From NCBI GenBank assembly GCA_964016885.1, contig OZ024764.1:12710001-12774000 (forward strand): DNA of 64,000 bases, given 5' to 3'. Numbering within the stretch: position 1 is the stretch's first letter; every line of letters begins with the position of its first letter. The translations under genes and the position numbers were made by a program. Below the pieces are notes generated by a model that did not search any database, was not told the origin of the DNA, and was given only the letters and a program-made list of their open reading frames with translations. The DNA is from Eledone cirrhosa. Lineage: Eukaryota. This document shows positions 27,520 through 40,990 of this stretch, piece by piece.

Positions 27520-29945
27520 ACACCACACACCACCACCACATACCACCACCACCATCATCACCACCACCACCACATACCACCACCACCATCATCACCACCA
27601 CCACCACACCATCCCCAGCAGGGTATCAGCTCCACCACCACCACCACCACATACCACCACAACCACCACCACCACCACCACCACACCATCCCCAGCAGGG
27701 TATCAGCTCCACCACCGCTACATACCACCACCACCACCACCACCACCACCACATACCACCACCACCACCACCACACCATCCCCAGCAGGGTATCAGCTCC
27801 ACCACCGCTACATACCACCACCACCACCACCACCACCACATACCACCACAACCACCACCACCACCACCACCACACCATCCCCAGCAGGGTATCAGCTCCA
27901 CCACCGCTACATACCACCACCACCACCACCACATACCACCACATACCACCACCACCACCACCACACCATCCCCAGCAGGGTATCAGCTCCACCACCGCTA
28001 CATACCACCACCACCACCACCACATACCACCACATACCACCACCACCACCACCACCACCACCACACCATCCCCAGCAGGGTATCAGCTCCACCACCGCTA
28101 CATACCACCACATACCACTACCTACCACCACCACCACCACATACCACCACCACCACCACCACCACCACCACCACCACCACACCATCCCCAGCAGGGTATC
28201 AGCTCCACCACCGCTACATACCACCACATACCACTACCACCACATACCACCACATACCACCACCACATACCACCACCACCACACACCACCACCATCCATC
28301 CATCCATCCATGACCCCCCACACTCACACCTACCCCCCCCCCCCCCACCATTGTATATCTAACAGGTATTCCAGTGTAACTGCATTGCATCAGAGCTGAT
28401 ACCCTGCTGGGGGTGGCGGGGGGGGGGGGGGGGGGGTAGTGTGGTGCTGGTGGTAGTGTTGGTGGTGGTGGTGGTGGTGGGGTGGTGGTGGTGGTGGTGT
28501 TGTTGGAGGTGGTGCTGGTGTTGGTGGTGGTGGCGTAGTGTGGTGGTGTAGTGCGGTGGTGGTGGTGGAGGTGTTGGTGGTGTAGTGTGGTGGTGTAGTG
28601 TGGTGGTGATGATGATGGTGGTGGCGTAGTGTGGAGGTGTTGTTGGTGGTGGTGGTGGTAGTGGTGGTGTTGGTGGGGGTGTAGTGTGGTGGTGGTGGTG
28701 GAGGTGTTGGTGGTGGTGGTAGTGGTGGTGTTGGTGGGGGTGTAGTGTGGTGGTGGTGGTGGTGGTGGTGGTGGAGGTGTTGGTGGTGGTGGTGGCGTAG
28801 TGTGGTGCTGGTGGTAGTGTTGGTGGTGGTGGGGTGGTGGTGGGGGTGTAGTGTGGTGGTGGTGGTGGTGGAGGTGTTGGTGGTGGTGGTGCTGGTGGTA
28901 GTGTTGGTGGTGGTGGGGTGGTGGTGGGGGTGTAGTGTGGTGGTGGTGGTGGTGGTGGTGGTGGAGGTGTTGGTGGTGGTGGTGGTGGCGTAGTGTGGTG
29001 CTGGTGGTAGTGTTGGTGGTGGTGGTGATAGTGTTGGTGGTGGTGGTGGGGTGGTGGTGGTGGGGTGGTGGTGGTGGTGCTACCCTGCTGGTGGTGGTGG
29101 TGGTGGTGGTGCTACCCTGGTGGTGGTGGTTGTCATGTAAAAGGGAGGAGGATGTGGAGGGGTGTGCAGTCGCATCTCAGATGATACAACAACCTTTTAG
29201 CTGCAGTATAGCTGCACACAACTGACAACAACTTGTTGTTCTTCCTCTTCTTCTTCTTGTTGCTGATGATATGCATGTTGTTGTTGTTGTTACTATTGCA
29301 TTGTTTGAGGTGGTGGTGGTGGTGGTGGTGTTTGAGATGGTGGTGGTGGTGTTATTTGAGGTGGTGGTGGTTGTGGTGGTGGTGTTTGAGATGGTGGTGG
29401 TGTTATTTGAGGTGGTGGTGGTGTTGTTTGAGGTGGTGGTGGTGGTGTTGTTTGAGATGGTGGTGGTGGTGTTATTTGAGATGGTGGTGGTGGTGGTGGT
29501 ATTGTTTGAGGTGGTGGTGGTGGTGTTATTTGGGATGGTGGTGGTGGTGTTGTTTGAGGTGGTGGTGGTTGAGTTGGTGGTGGTGTTGATGGTGTTGTTG
29601 ATAGTGGTGGTGGTGTTGTTTGAGTTGGTGGTGGTGTTGTTTGAGATGGTAGTGGTAGTGGTGGTGTTGTTTGAGATAATTGTGGTGGTGGTGGTTGAGA
29701 TGGTGGTGGTAGTGGTGGTGGTGGTGTTGTTTGAGATGATAGTGGTGGTGGTGGTGGTGGTGGTGGTGTTGATGTTAGAGATGAAGGTAGTTGTGGTGCT
29801 GGTGGTGGTGGTGTTTGAGATGATGGTGGTGGTGGTGATGGTGTTTGAGATGGTGGTGGTGGTGGTGTTAGAGATAAAGGTAGTTGTGGTGCTGGTGGTG
29901 GTGTTGATGTGTTGTTTGAGATGGTAGTGATTGTGGTGATGGTAG
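27520..29945. repeat. CAC-rich then GTG-rich low-complexity block; 7 copies of ccccagcagggtatcagctc
   Basis: Direct reading. Confidence 0.9.
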
Positions 29946-30256
29946 TTGTACAGGCAGTGTAGTCAATGGTGGTGGTGGGTGAAGGTATACGGAGTAATGG
30001 TAAAGACGATCAGCTGACAATCTTAAGGTTCCTCGTCGAAAAGTCGATGGTATGTTTGCCCATGGTCGATACAAAAGACTATTTTGGAACTGGAACTTGT
30101 GGATGGAAGTGTGGTATAGGTTGAAGAGAGCTCCACTATTAAAGTACTCTGGTGTGTTATGGTCGAGCTGGTTTTTACCACACCCTATCTGATATCATCA
30201 TCATCATCATCATCATCTTCGTTTAACCTCCATTTTCCACGCTAGCATGGTTTATA

Positions 30257-30690
30257 CAGACTGGAGAGGAACGAAGCATGCATGCTCCATTGGATGTGTA
30301 ATAGTAATATACGTGAACGGCAAAGCATAAATGAACTAAGTGAGAAATTAGGTATAAGAGGGATCAGATACTGTTTACTCGAGAGAAGGCTACGTTGGTA
30401 TGGTCACGTGATGCGCATGAAAGACGACAGCTGTATAAAAAAGTGCAGGGCGATCAAAATTGATGGTAGTACAGAGTAGGTAGACCCAGAAAAACCTGGG
30501 ACGATCTGATAATTTCCGACCTCACACACTTACACCTCTCCAAGACAATGTCACTGGACCGAGATCTTTGGCGGTACACAGTAATACAGAAGACCCGCCT
30601 TGCCTATGTACAAAGCGAAACCTACAGTCAGTAGGCACCTCTTAATCAACCTCCCTCCCACTACCCCAACTCCCCCTCCCCACCAATGTT
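30257..30690 (+). mobile_element. RTE-clade LINE fragment, frameshifted
   Basis: ORF 30282..30479 is nearly identical to 22473..22799. Confidence 0.85.
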
Positions 30691-30694
30691 GTCC

Positions 30695-31875
30695 AAGGGA
30701 AAAGCAATGACCGATACAGCTTGGTACCAGTGACATCGCAACTCATTTCTACAGCTGAGCTACGTGAAATAAAGTGTGACAAACAAACCCCTTAACCACA
30801 CAGTAGGACTGAACCCTAAACCGTGTGACTGGCAAACAAACCCCTTAACCACACAGTAGGACTGAACCCTAAACCGTGTGACTGGCAAACAAACCCCTTA
30901 ACCACACAGTAGGACTGAACCCTAAACCGTGTGACTGGCAAACAAACCCCTTAACCACACAGTAGGACTGAACCCTAAACCGTGTGACTGGCAAACAAAC
31001 CCCTTAACCACACAGTAGGACTGAACCCTAAACCGTGTGACTGGCAAACAAACCCCTTAACCACACAGTAGGACTGAACCCTAAACCGTGTGACTGGCAA
31101 ACAAACCCCTTAACCACACAGTAGGACTGAACCCTAAACCGTGTGACTGGCAAACAAACCCCTTAACCACACAGTAGGACTGAACCCTAAACCGTGTGAC
31201 TGGCAAACAAACCCCTTAACCACACAGTAGGACTGAACCCTAAACCGTGTGACTGGCAAACAAACCCCTTAACCACACAGTAGGACTGAACCCTAAACCG
31301 TGTGACTGGCAAACAAACCCCTTAACCACACAGTAGGACTGAACCCTAAACCGTGTGACTGGCAAACAAACCCCTTAACCACACAGTAGGACTGAACCCT
31401 AAACCGTGTGACTGGCAAACAAACCCCTTAACCACACAGTAGGACTGAACCCTAAACCGTGTGACTGGCAAACAAACCCCTTAACCACACAGTAGGACTG
31501 AACCCTAAACCGTGTGACTGGCAAACAAACCCCTTAACCACACAGTAGGACTGAACCCTAAACCGTGTGACTGGCAAACAAACCCCTTAACCACACAGTA
31601 GGACTGAACCCTAAACCGTGTGACTGGCAAACAAACCCCTTAACCACACAGTAGGACTGAACCCTAAACCGTGTGACTGGCAAACAAACCCCTTAACCAC
31701 ACAGTAGGACTGAACCCTAAACCGTGTGACTGGCAAACAAACCCCTTAACCACACAGTAGGACTGAACCCTAAACCGTGTGACTGGCAAACAAACCCCTT
31801 AACCACACAGTAGGACTGAACCCTAAACCGTGTGACTGGCAAACAAACCCCTTAACCACACAGCCATGCCCAGCA
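30695..31875 (-). mobile_element. tRNA-derived SINE whose head is amplified as a 53-bp x ~20 tandem array (30788-31860)
   Basis: Head gggcatggctgtgtggttaag...gggttcagtcc at the right end; SINE body acactttatttcac..cagctgtagaaatgag at the left end. Confidence 0.75.
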
Positions 31876-32111
31876 CCAATGACACAGACGAATGATTTCC
31901 AATGTAACAAATATAGAGGAGAGGTTAACAGTAGGTGTAGCCCCTCACACACACCGATGTACATACCCTACTCCCCATAAGACCGTCCTACCCCACCCCA
32001 TCACCATTTCCCCACCCCATATTTTTACCAAACAGTAATCAATCTTTATCAATCTATTCATTAATTAATGGAAAAGTAATTTCAAAGTAGATAGCAAATA
32101 TCACCACTACC

Positions 32112-32142
<31 letters not shown>

Positions 32143-32784
32143 TTACTACTACTACTACCACCACTACTACTACTACCACTACTACGACTACTACTACCAC
32201 TCCTACCACTACTACTACCACTCCTACCACTATTACTACTACACCACCACCACTACTACTACTACCATTACTACTACTCCAACCACCACTACTACTACAA
32301 CCGCTACTACTACTACCACTCCTACCACTACCACTCCTACTACTACTACCACTACTACTACTACTACTACTACAACCACTGACACCAATACCATCACAAT
32401 CCCACTGATACCAACATCACCACTACCACTACCACCACCACCACACCACCACCACCACCATACCACCACCACTACCATACCACCACCACTACCATACCAC
32501 CACCATACCACCACCACTACCATACCACCACCACCTCTACCATACCACCACCACCACTACCATACCACCACCACTACCATACCACCACCACCACCACTAC
32601 CATACCACCACCACTACCATACCACCACCACCATACCACCACTACCACTACCATACCACCACCACCACTACCATACCACCACCACCACTTTGTTCAATCT
32701 TCCATATACCATTGCATTGATTCTGAATAACCACCTGGAGATACAGATCAAACACCTGAGTGATATTACAAATGTGTGTCTGTC

Positions 32785-32849
<65 letters not shown>

Positions 32850-33017
32850 GTGTGCGTGTGTGTGTGTGTGTGTGTATATATAATAATAATACAAAGCATA
32901 AATGTATATATATATAGACATATATATATATATGTAAAAGGTAAACAGAAATAACAACACAATCAGTACAGTATATGGAAGGAATATATTAGGTTAACGC
33001 TTGATATAGCAGGAAGA

Positions 33018-33058
33018 GGGTCTTAACATTTCGGACGCTAGTCCTTCATCAGAAGAAA
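33018..33058 (-). ncRNA. Minimal Penelope-type hammerhead-like motif (short stem II class)
   Basis: CUGAUGA-A-GGAC(UAGC)GUCC-GAAA-UGUUA; stem I weak. Confidence 0.45.
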
Positions 33059-33174
33059 GAATGAGAAATAAAATAGATTGAGGGGACAGGTGGGGTGGAA
33101 TTGGAAAAAGTGTCTTTAGATAAAAATAACAGGACCTTTCATGTTGACATCACTTGATATATATATATATATAG

Positions 33175-35400
33175 CTGCATAAAAAGGTGCAGAGCACTAG
33201 AAGTCAATGGAAACCGTGGAGTGGGGAGACCCAAGATGACCTGGGATGAGGTGATAAAAGCCGACCTTACCCAATTACACCTCTCAAAGGCGATGACACA
33301 AGACCGTGACCTCTGGCTTCACGCAGTAATATAATATAGAGTACCCGACCTCCCATGGGTACAAGCTGAAGCATATAGACAATATGCTCCCACACCCCCT
33401 ACCGCAAGGTGGTCGTGGAGGTGCCATGGCAAAAAAGCACCCAGCCCACACTGTAAAGTGGACGTGTAGGCGCCACGGAAAAAAAGCACCCAGCACTCAC
33501 TGTAAATGAGGTTGGTGTTAGGAAGGGCATCCAGCTGTAGAAATCAAGCCAGAATCAGTTCCCGTATGAGCAAGACAAGGTCAGCCAACTGGACACTGCC
33601 CACAACAGGACAACCCGTCTAACCCATGCTAGCATGGAAGAACGGACGTAAAACGGTGATGATGATGATGATATATATATATATATATATATATACACCG
33701 TGTAGGCAACACGGTAAAAACGTCCCAGTCCCACACTGTAAATGTGGTTGGTGTTAGGAAGGGCATCCAGCTGTAGAAAACCTGCCAGACAGTCCACGCT
33801 GTAATGTGGCCGTGTAGGCAACACGGTAAAAACCTCCCAGCCCCACACTGTAAATGTGGTTGGTGTTAGGAAGGGCATCCAACTGTAGAAAACCCGCCAG
33901 ACAGTCCACGCTGTAATGTGGCCGTGTAGGCAACACGGTAAAAACCTCCCAGCCCCACACTGTAAATGTGGTTGGTGTTAGGAAGGGCATCCAGCTGTAG
34001 AAAACCCGCCAGACAGTCCTATGCGAGCAAGACAACCACTCTTGCCTCAAGTGGGAAAACTCCCGTCCAAACCCATGCAAGCGTGGAACATGGACGTTAA
34101 ACGATGATGATGATGATGATGATATATATATATATATATACATAGTGGTCATGTAGGAGACACAGTAAAAAACCTCCCAGTCCACACAGTAAAGGTGGTT
34201 GGTGTTAGGAAGGGCACCCAGCCGTAGAAAACCCGCCAGGCGTGTAGGTGTCACGACAAAAAACACACAGTCCACGCAGTAATGTGGCCGTGTAGGTAAC
34301 ACGGTAAAAACCTCCCAGTCCACACTGTAAATGTGGTTGGTGTTAGGAAGGGCACCCAGCCGTAGAAAACCTGCCACACAGTCCTATACGAGCGAGACAC
34401 GGTCACCTGACCAATCATGCCTCAAGTGGGACAATTCCCGTCTAACCCATGCTAGCGTGGAAGATAGATGATGATGATGGTGATGAATACAAGGAAGAAT
34501 CGTTACTCATTCATTACGTTTATTGGTTGGTGACGCTCGTTTCGCAACTGATCAGCTCAAGGTTTGATCTGTATTGATCTGGCCCGACTCTGGAATCAAA
34601 AGCTCGTTGGACCCCTGTAGTAGTGCTCACCTGGGTCAACCTACAGTAACTTTGCGTTACACTCGCTGGATATGTGGATCACTATCATCATCATCATCAT
34701 CATCGTTTAACGTCCATCTTCCACGCTAGCATGGGTCTGGACGGACGGGAATTGTCCCACTTGAGGCAAGATTGGTTGTCTCGCTCGTATAGGACCGTCT
34801 GGCGGGTTTTCTACGGCTGGATGCCCTTCCTAACACCAACCACGTTTACAGTGTGGACTGGGAGGTTTTTACCGTGTTACCTACACGGCCACATTACTGC
34901 GTGGACTGTGTGTTTTTTGTCGTGACACCTACACGCCTGGCGGGTTTTCTACGGCTGGGTGCCCTTCCTAACACCAACCACCTTTACTGTGTGGACTGGG
35001 AGGTTTTTTACTGTGTCTCCTACATGACCACTATGTATATATATATATATATCATCATCATCATCATCATCGTTTAACGTCCATGTTCCACGCTTGCATG
35101 GGTTTGGACGGGAGTTTTCCCACTTGAGGCAAGAGTGGTTGTCTTGCTCGCATAGGACTGTCTGGCGGGTTTTCTACGGCTGGATGCCCTTCCTAACACC
35201 AACCACATTTACAGTGTGGACTGGGAGGTTTTTACCGTGTTACCTACACGGCCACATTACAGCGTGGACTGTGTGTTTTTTGTCGTGACACCTACACGAC
35301 CTCATTGTTTCGGACTGGATGTTGTGGTACCAACATAACTTTACATTTAAGAGGGTGGTGTGGATGGGGTGGGGGTAGTGGGACGGGGGTGTATTTTGTT
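33175..35400. mobile_element. Cluster of RTE 3' ends/3' UTRs in both orientations
   Basis: GRPK..W coding remnant at ~33220; repeated ggtgttaggaagggcatccagc and (gat)n tails; plus orientation to 34480, minus from 34684. Confidence 0.75.
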
Positions 35401-35589
35401 AGAGGTGGATATATATATACATATTGTATTAATATATAAGGAACAAAGAATCAATGTTGTATCATATACATATTTAATTACATATTACATGTGTTTCACT
35501 GTCAATCAGCTCGAGGAACGATCGATTAATGATCGAACCTGATTCTGGATTCGGAGGCTCCTCAGATGTGTTTTCATATGCAGGCTCAC

Positions 35590-36510
35590 CAGAGAGACAA
35601 TCCACAAGATGAGTGACAGGCAGATGGAATATAATGTCTCAGTGGACAGAGACCAGAGACCAGTGGTCAACAGAGAGACAATCTACAAGGTGGGTGACAG
35701 GCAGATGAAATATAATGTCTCAGTGGACAGAGACCAGAGACCAGTGGTCAACAGAGAGACAATCTACAAGGTGGGTGACAGGCAGATGAAATATAATGTC
35801 TCAGTGGACAGAGACCAGTGACCAGTGGTCAACAGAGAGACAATCTACAAGGTGGGTGACAGGCAGATGGAATATAATGTCTCAGTGACCAGTGGTCAAC
35901 AGAGAGTCAATCCACAAGGTGGGTGACAGGTAGATGATATAATGTCTCAGAGGACAGAGGACAGAGACCAGTGGTCAACAGAGAGACAATACACAAGGTG
36001 GGTGACAGGTAGATGATATAATGTCTCAGAGGACAGAGGACAGAGACCAGTGGTCAACAGAGAGACAATCCACAAGGTGGGTGACAGGCAGATGAAATAT
36101 AATGTCTCAAAGGACAGAGACCAGTGGTCAGTGGTCAACAGAGAGACAATCCACAAGGTGGGTGACAGGCAGATGAAATATAATGTCTCAGAGGACAGAG
36201 ACCAGTGACCAGTGGTCAACAGAGAGACAATCCACAAGGTGAGTGACAGGTAGATGAAATATAATTGTTTCTACTTTTGGCACAAGGCCAGCAATTACCC
36301 AGTAGATTACTGGTACTTTATTTTATCGACCCCATAAGGATGAAAGGCAAAGTTAACCTCGGCGGGATTTGAACTCAGAATGGCAAGGGCCATAACTCTA
36401 TACGTCAAAGCATGGCGTCCGACCCTCTACCGATACTGCCAAGCCTCAGGGGATAGAGACCAGTGGTCAACAGAGAGACAATCCACAAGGTGGGTGACAG
36501 GTAGATGATA
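35590..36510. repeat. ~81-bp minisatellite, ~9 variable copies
   Basis: Repeated gaccagtggtcaacagagagacaatc.acaaggtgggtgacagg. Confidence 0.9.
36263..36445 (-). mobile_element. SINE family B inserted into the 81-bp minisatellite
   Basis: Family B match; another minisatellite unit resumes at ~36455. Confidence 0.8.
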
Positions 36511-37724
36511 TATAGAAAATATTGAAAAAGGAGGAGGACAAGGGGAAGTGTGTTGGTACACAGAAGTGACTGGAAGAAGGAAATAAAGAAAGGTGATATA
36601 GAAGATAAGTTTACACACACATCTTCACCGTCATCAGCTCCGAAACCAGCTAAATGTTTTCGCACAATGGTTATTAAGAAGACTGCTTACATAAAATCAT
36701 GATAAATCCTGATGTAAGGATTTTTGATAAATATAAACATTTTAAAACCAAACAGTTTTGTATCATTAGAACTGAATGAGGCCGGTTTTAGGCAGTTTCA
36801 GGCGGTAGGTTTGATATCAGAACAACTAAAGAAGCCATTTTAAAATTCAACACATCTCTTTGATGTGTGTGTAACACGATAGAATATCAATGAAACAACG
36901 CAACAACAACAATCGGAGCCTTTGGCAGAGGCCAAAAGTTATATTTCACATATATAAATCAAGCTCGGAATAAGTCAAAGAGTGAACCCATTGTAACTAC
37001 ATCATATTGATTGAGTAATTTTTCCCCATAACACCACCGCTACCACCACCAAGCCATACCAACACTCCCACCTCCCACACCAGCCCCCGTGCCCCAGGAG
37101 AAATAAATAAAATATCGAAGAGAGAGAGAAAGATATATATATATAGAGAGAGAGGGATAGATAGATAGATAGATAGAGAGTGGGAGAGAGAGAGAGAGAG
37201 ATGTGAATTAAATAAAAATCAAAATTAAATGTTTTGCTTTCTATACAGTCTAACACACACAAACACACATGTACACACACACTCACATACACACACACAC
37301 TCATGTACACACACATGTTGCTATAGAGCTGTGTGTTAGACATTAGATATAGATTCATACCTTTGTAGTGAATGTTTTTCTTTTTATTTCATATATATAT
37401 ATATATATATACACACACATATATGTTTATGTTTATATGTATGTTTATATGTATATATATGTATACAAATATTTACATATATGCATACATATACAAACAT
37501 ATATATATATATATATATAAATACATGCATATATATATATACATATATAAACATATATACATATATAACTATATATATATGTATGTATATATTTTTATAT
37601 ACATATATATATATATATATACCCTCACACACAAATATGTATAAACGTTTATGTATATGCATATATATATATATATACACCCATATTTATAAATATATAT
37701 ATATATATACACACACACACATAA

Positions 37725-37757
<33 letters not shown>

Positions 37758-37792
37758 CACACACACATAAATATATATATATATATATATAT

Positions 37793-38136
37793 CATCATTC
37801 ATCATCATCATTTCATTTTACGTCCGCTTTTCCCTGCTTGCAAGGGTGGGACGGGAACTGATACTGGCTTGATTTCTACAGCTGGATGCCCTTCCTAACA
37901 CCAACCTCATTTACAGTGAGTGCTGGGTGCTTTTTTGCCGTGGCACCTACACGACCACTTTGCAGTGGAATGATAAGAACCTCAGTCCCTAGCATCTCAT
38001 TTCTACAGCTGAGTAAACTGGAGCAATGTGAAATAAAGTGTCTTGCTCAAGGAAACAACACACCACCCGGTCTGAGAATTGAACTCACAACCTTTCGATT
38101 GCAAGGCCAATGCTCTAACCACTAAGCCATGTGCCT

Positions 38137-38138
<2 letters not shown>
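37793..38138 (-). mobile_element. SINE family A, full length
   Basis: Reverse complement match from head to tail; (TA)n on both sides. Confidence 0.85.
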
Positions 38139-38189
<51 letters not shown>

Positions 38190-38314
38190 CATGTGTGTGT
38201 GTGTGTTTGTACAAACAAAGTAATTTATATACTTTGTAAGACAAGCTAATGAAATTCCAGATATTTCAGTGTAAAAATACCTTTTTCAAAGAGTGTGAGA
38301 CAACGTTTCATGAT

Positions 38315-39014
38315 TAAGGCACAAGGCCAGCAATTTTTTTGGGGGGCAAGTTATTAGATCGACACCAGTGCATTACTGGTACTTTAATAAAGCTTTCTAA
38401 TTTAGACACAAAGTCAGCAATTTCTGGAGAGGGGAAAGTCGATTAAATTGACCCCAGTTCATTACTGGTACTTTATTTTAGCGGCCCCTGAAAGGAAAAC
38501 CAGCCTCAGTGTGATTTGAACCCAGAACGTAAAGGGCCGTAACTCCATGCAGCGAAGCACGTTGTCCGACGCTCTACCGATTGCTGCCAATAATAATCGT
38601 TTCTGGTTTCAGGCACAAGGCCAGCAATTCTTGAGGGAGGGGGAGAGACATGTTGATTACATCAATCCCCGTGTATTACTGGTACTTTATTTTATCAACA
38701 CTATAAGGATAAAAGCCAAATGTATGTGTATATGTGTGTTTGCGTGAATGTATGTGCGTGTGTTTGTGTATGTCTGTGAGTGTGTGTATTTTTCTAAGCG
38801 TGTCTGTGTTTACGCATTTATATTTATACACTCATACATATAAATGTATGCATATGCACACCAGTACATTACTGGTACTTTATTTTATCGACCCCGTAAG
38901 GATGAAAGGCAAAGTTAACCTCGGCGGGATTTGAACTCAGAATGGCAAGGGCCGTAACTCCATACGTCAAAGCATGGCGTCTGGCCCTCTACCGATACTG
39001 CCAATCCACCGCCC
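38315..39014 (-). mobile_element. Cluster of partial SINE family B copies
   Basis: Repeated ggcacaaggccagcaatt and ttactggtactttattttatcgacccc segments. Confidence 0.7.
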
Positions 39015-39314
39015 TCCAACTTATTTTAATAACGTGATGTAAAACAATAAACTGGACACAGTCTCGCAGTTCTCCAATGAATATATATGAGATAGTAACA
39101 ACAACAAAACAAAATCAACAAACATTAAGAAGCCAAAATGAATAAAAAGTAGTCATTTGCATATATTAACTCTGCAACCAGCCATGGATCTCTGAATTGT
39201 GTTTAGCTTTTGTGATATAAATTACTAAAAACAGGCTCCCATCGAAAAGACAAGGTATTTAAGGCTCACTTTCACATATTCAATTTTTTTTCCCCTTAAA
39301 CATCAACAAGATCC

Positions 39315-40461
39315 CAGACCTCATTCCCTTATCAAGTGGCGTGGAACCTGTCAAATCGGACCAGGGAAACAATGTTTCCATTGCTGTAAGGTCAGACCTC
39401 AACCCCTTACAGGGTGGCGTGGAACCTGTCAAATCGGACCAGGGAAACAATGTTTCCATTGCTGTAAGGTCAGACCTCATTCCCTGATCAAGTGGGGTGG
39501 AACCTGTCAAATCGGACCAGGGAAACAATGTTTCCATTGCTGTAAGGTCAGACCTCAACCCCTTACAGGGTGGAGTGGAACCTGTCAAATCGGACCAGGG
39601 AAACAATGTTTCCATTGCTGTAAGGTCAGACCTCAACCCCTTACAGGGTGGAGTGGAACCTGTCAAATCGGACCAGGGAAACAATGTTTCCATTGCTGTA
39701 AGGTCAGACCTCAACCCCTTACAGGGTGGAGTGGAACCTGTCAAATCGGACCAGGGAAACAATGTTTCCATTGCTGTAAGGTCAGACCTCAACCCCTTAC
39801 AGGGTGGAGTGGAACCTGTCAAATCGGACCAGGGAAACAATGTTTCCATTGCTGTAAGGTCAGACCTCAACCCCTTACAGGGTGGAGTGGAACCTGTCAA
39901 ATCGGACCAGGGAAACAATGTTTCCATTGCTGTAAGGTCAGACCTCAACCCCTTACAGGGTGGAGTGGAACCTGTCAAATCGGACCAGGGAAACAATGTT
40001 TCCATTGCTGTAAGGTCAGACCTCAACCCCTTACAGGGTGGAGTGGAACCTGTCAAATCGGACCAGGGAAACAATGTTTCCATTGCTGTAAGGTCAGACC
40101 TCAACCCCTTACAGGGTGGCGTGGAACCTGTCAAATCGGACCAGGGAAACAATGTTTCCATTGCTGTAAGGTCAGACCTCAACCCCTTACAGGGTGGCGT
40201 GGAACCTGTCAAATCGGACCAGGGAAACAATGTTTCCATTGCTGTAAGGTCAGACCTCAACCCCTTACAGGGTGGCGTGGAACCTGTCAAATCGGACCAG
40301 GGAAACAATGTTTCCATTGCTGTAAGGTCCGATCTCATCCCCTTACAGGGTGGGGTGGAACCTGTCAAATCGGAGTTTCCATTGCTGTAAAGTCAGGCCT
40401 CATCCCCTAACCGGGTGGAGTGGAACCTGTCAAATCGGACCAGGGAAACAATGTTTCCATT
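39315..40461. repeat. 78-bp minisatellite, ~14 copies
   Basis: 26-codon period in ORFs on both strands; the unit partly matches the SINE at 51340. Confidence 0.9.
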
Positions 40462-40589
40462 GGTCTTTCCATTGCTTTTACTATCTACTGGTTGCAACTC
40501 CTGGCAGAAGGAGCAATGTAAAATAAAATGTCTTTGATCATAGGTCTGCTGGATGAAGACTGACCTAGGGCTAAACAACAACCATAGCC

Positions 40590-40990
40590 ACTAATGATGG
40601 CTACAAACTCTGCTAAGAGTATTGTAATCGCTTTGTCAGATTCAGATGTGTGACGCTCGGATATGGCTTTTCAAGCCTGCTAGAGATTTGCTCTCCATCT
40701 CACATTGACGACAACTAAGGATCTCCCTGGCCCCAGGTCTTGCATCAGGTTGCCTGTGAACCTTCACAATACAGTGGAGATCGTAGTTCACTGGTTCTCT
40801 TTCAACATGGCTGCGACTGTGGCTCCTGAGACCAGATTTGCTGAAGTACATTTTTCCACACTCAGGGCACTTCAATTCAATGGAGACACCGATCGTTTCG
40901 AGAGACACACCAGAGCATTGCTTACGCACATCCCATTTGATCTTCTTGTGCTCTATTATGCATCTGTCCAATATACTAAACAACATAAGA
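40590..40990 (-). mobile_element. LINE (probably RTE-clade) ORF2 C-terminus with two C2H2-type fingers
   Basis: ORF 40642..40986: CPECGKMYFSKSGLRSHSRSH and CRQC...LAGLKSHIRASH then stop; no TGEKP linkers; cut off by a SINE. Confidence 0.6.

Noticed and set aside
27600-28220. CRISPR-like repeat-spacer patterns (also 3357-3812, 24098-26450, 52657-53140)
   Set aside because: Spacers are microsatellites, not unique sequences; eukaryotic context; no cas genes.
30788-31860. Telomeric repeat (aaccctaaacc in the unit)
   Set aside because: A single motif within a 53-bp SINE-head unit, not a (TTAGGG)n array.
36625-36650. CTGATGA (minus) near GAAAC (plus)
   Set aside because: The two core halves are on opposite strands.
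40642-40986. Host C2H2 zinc-finger gene
   Set aside because: Two unlinked fingers just before a stop, no TGEKP linkers or exon structure; fits a LINE ORF2 C-terminus.
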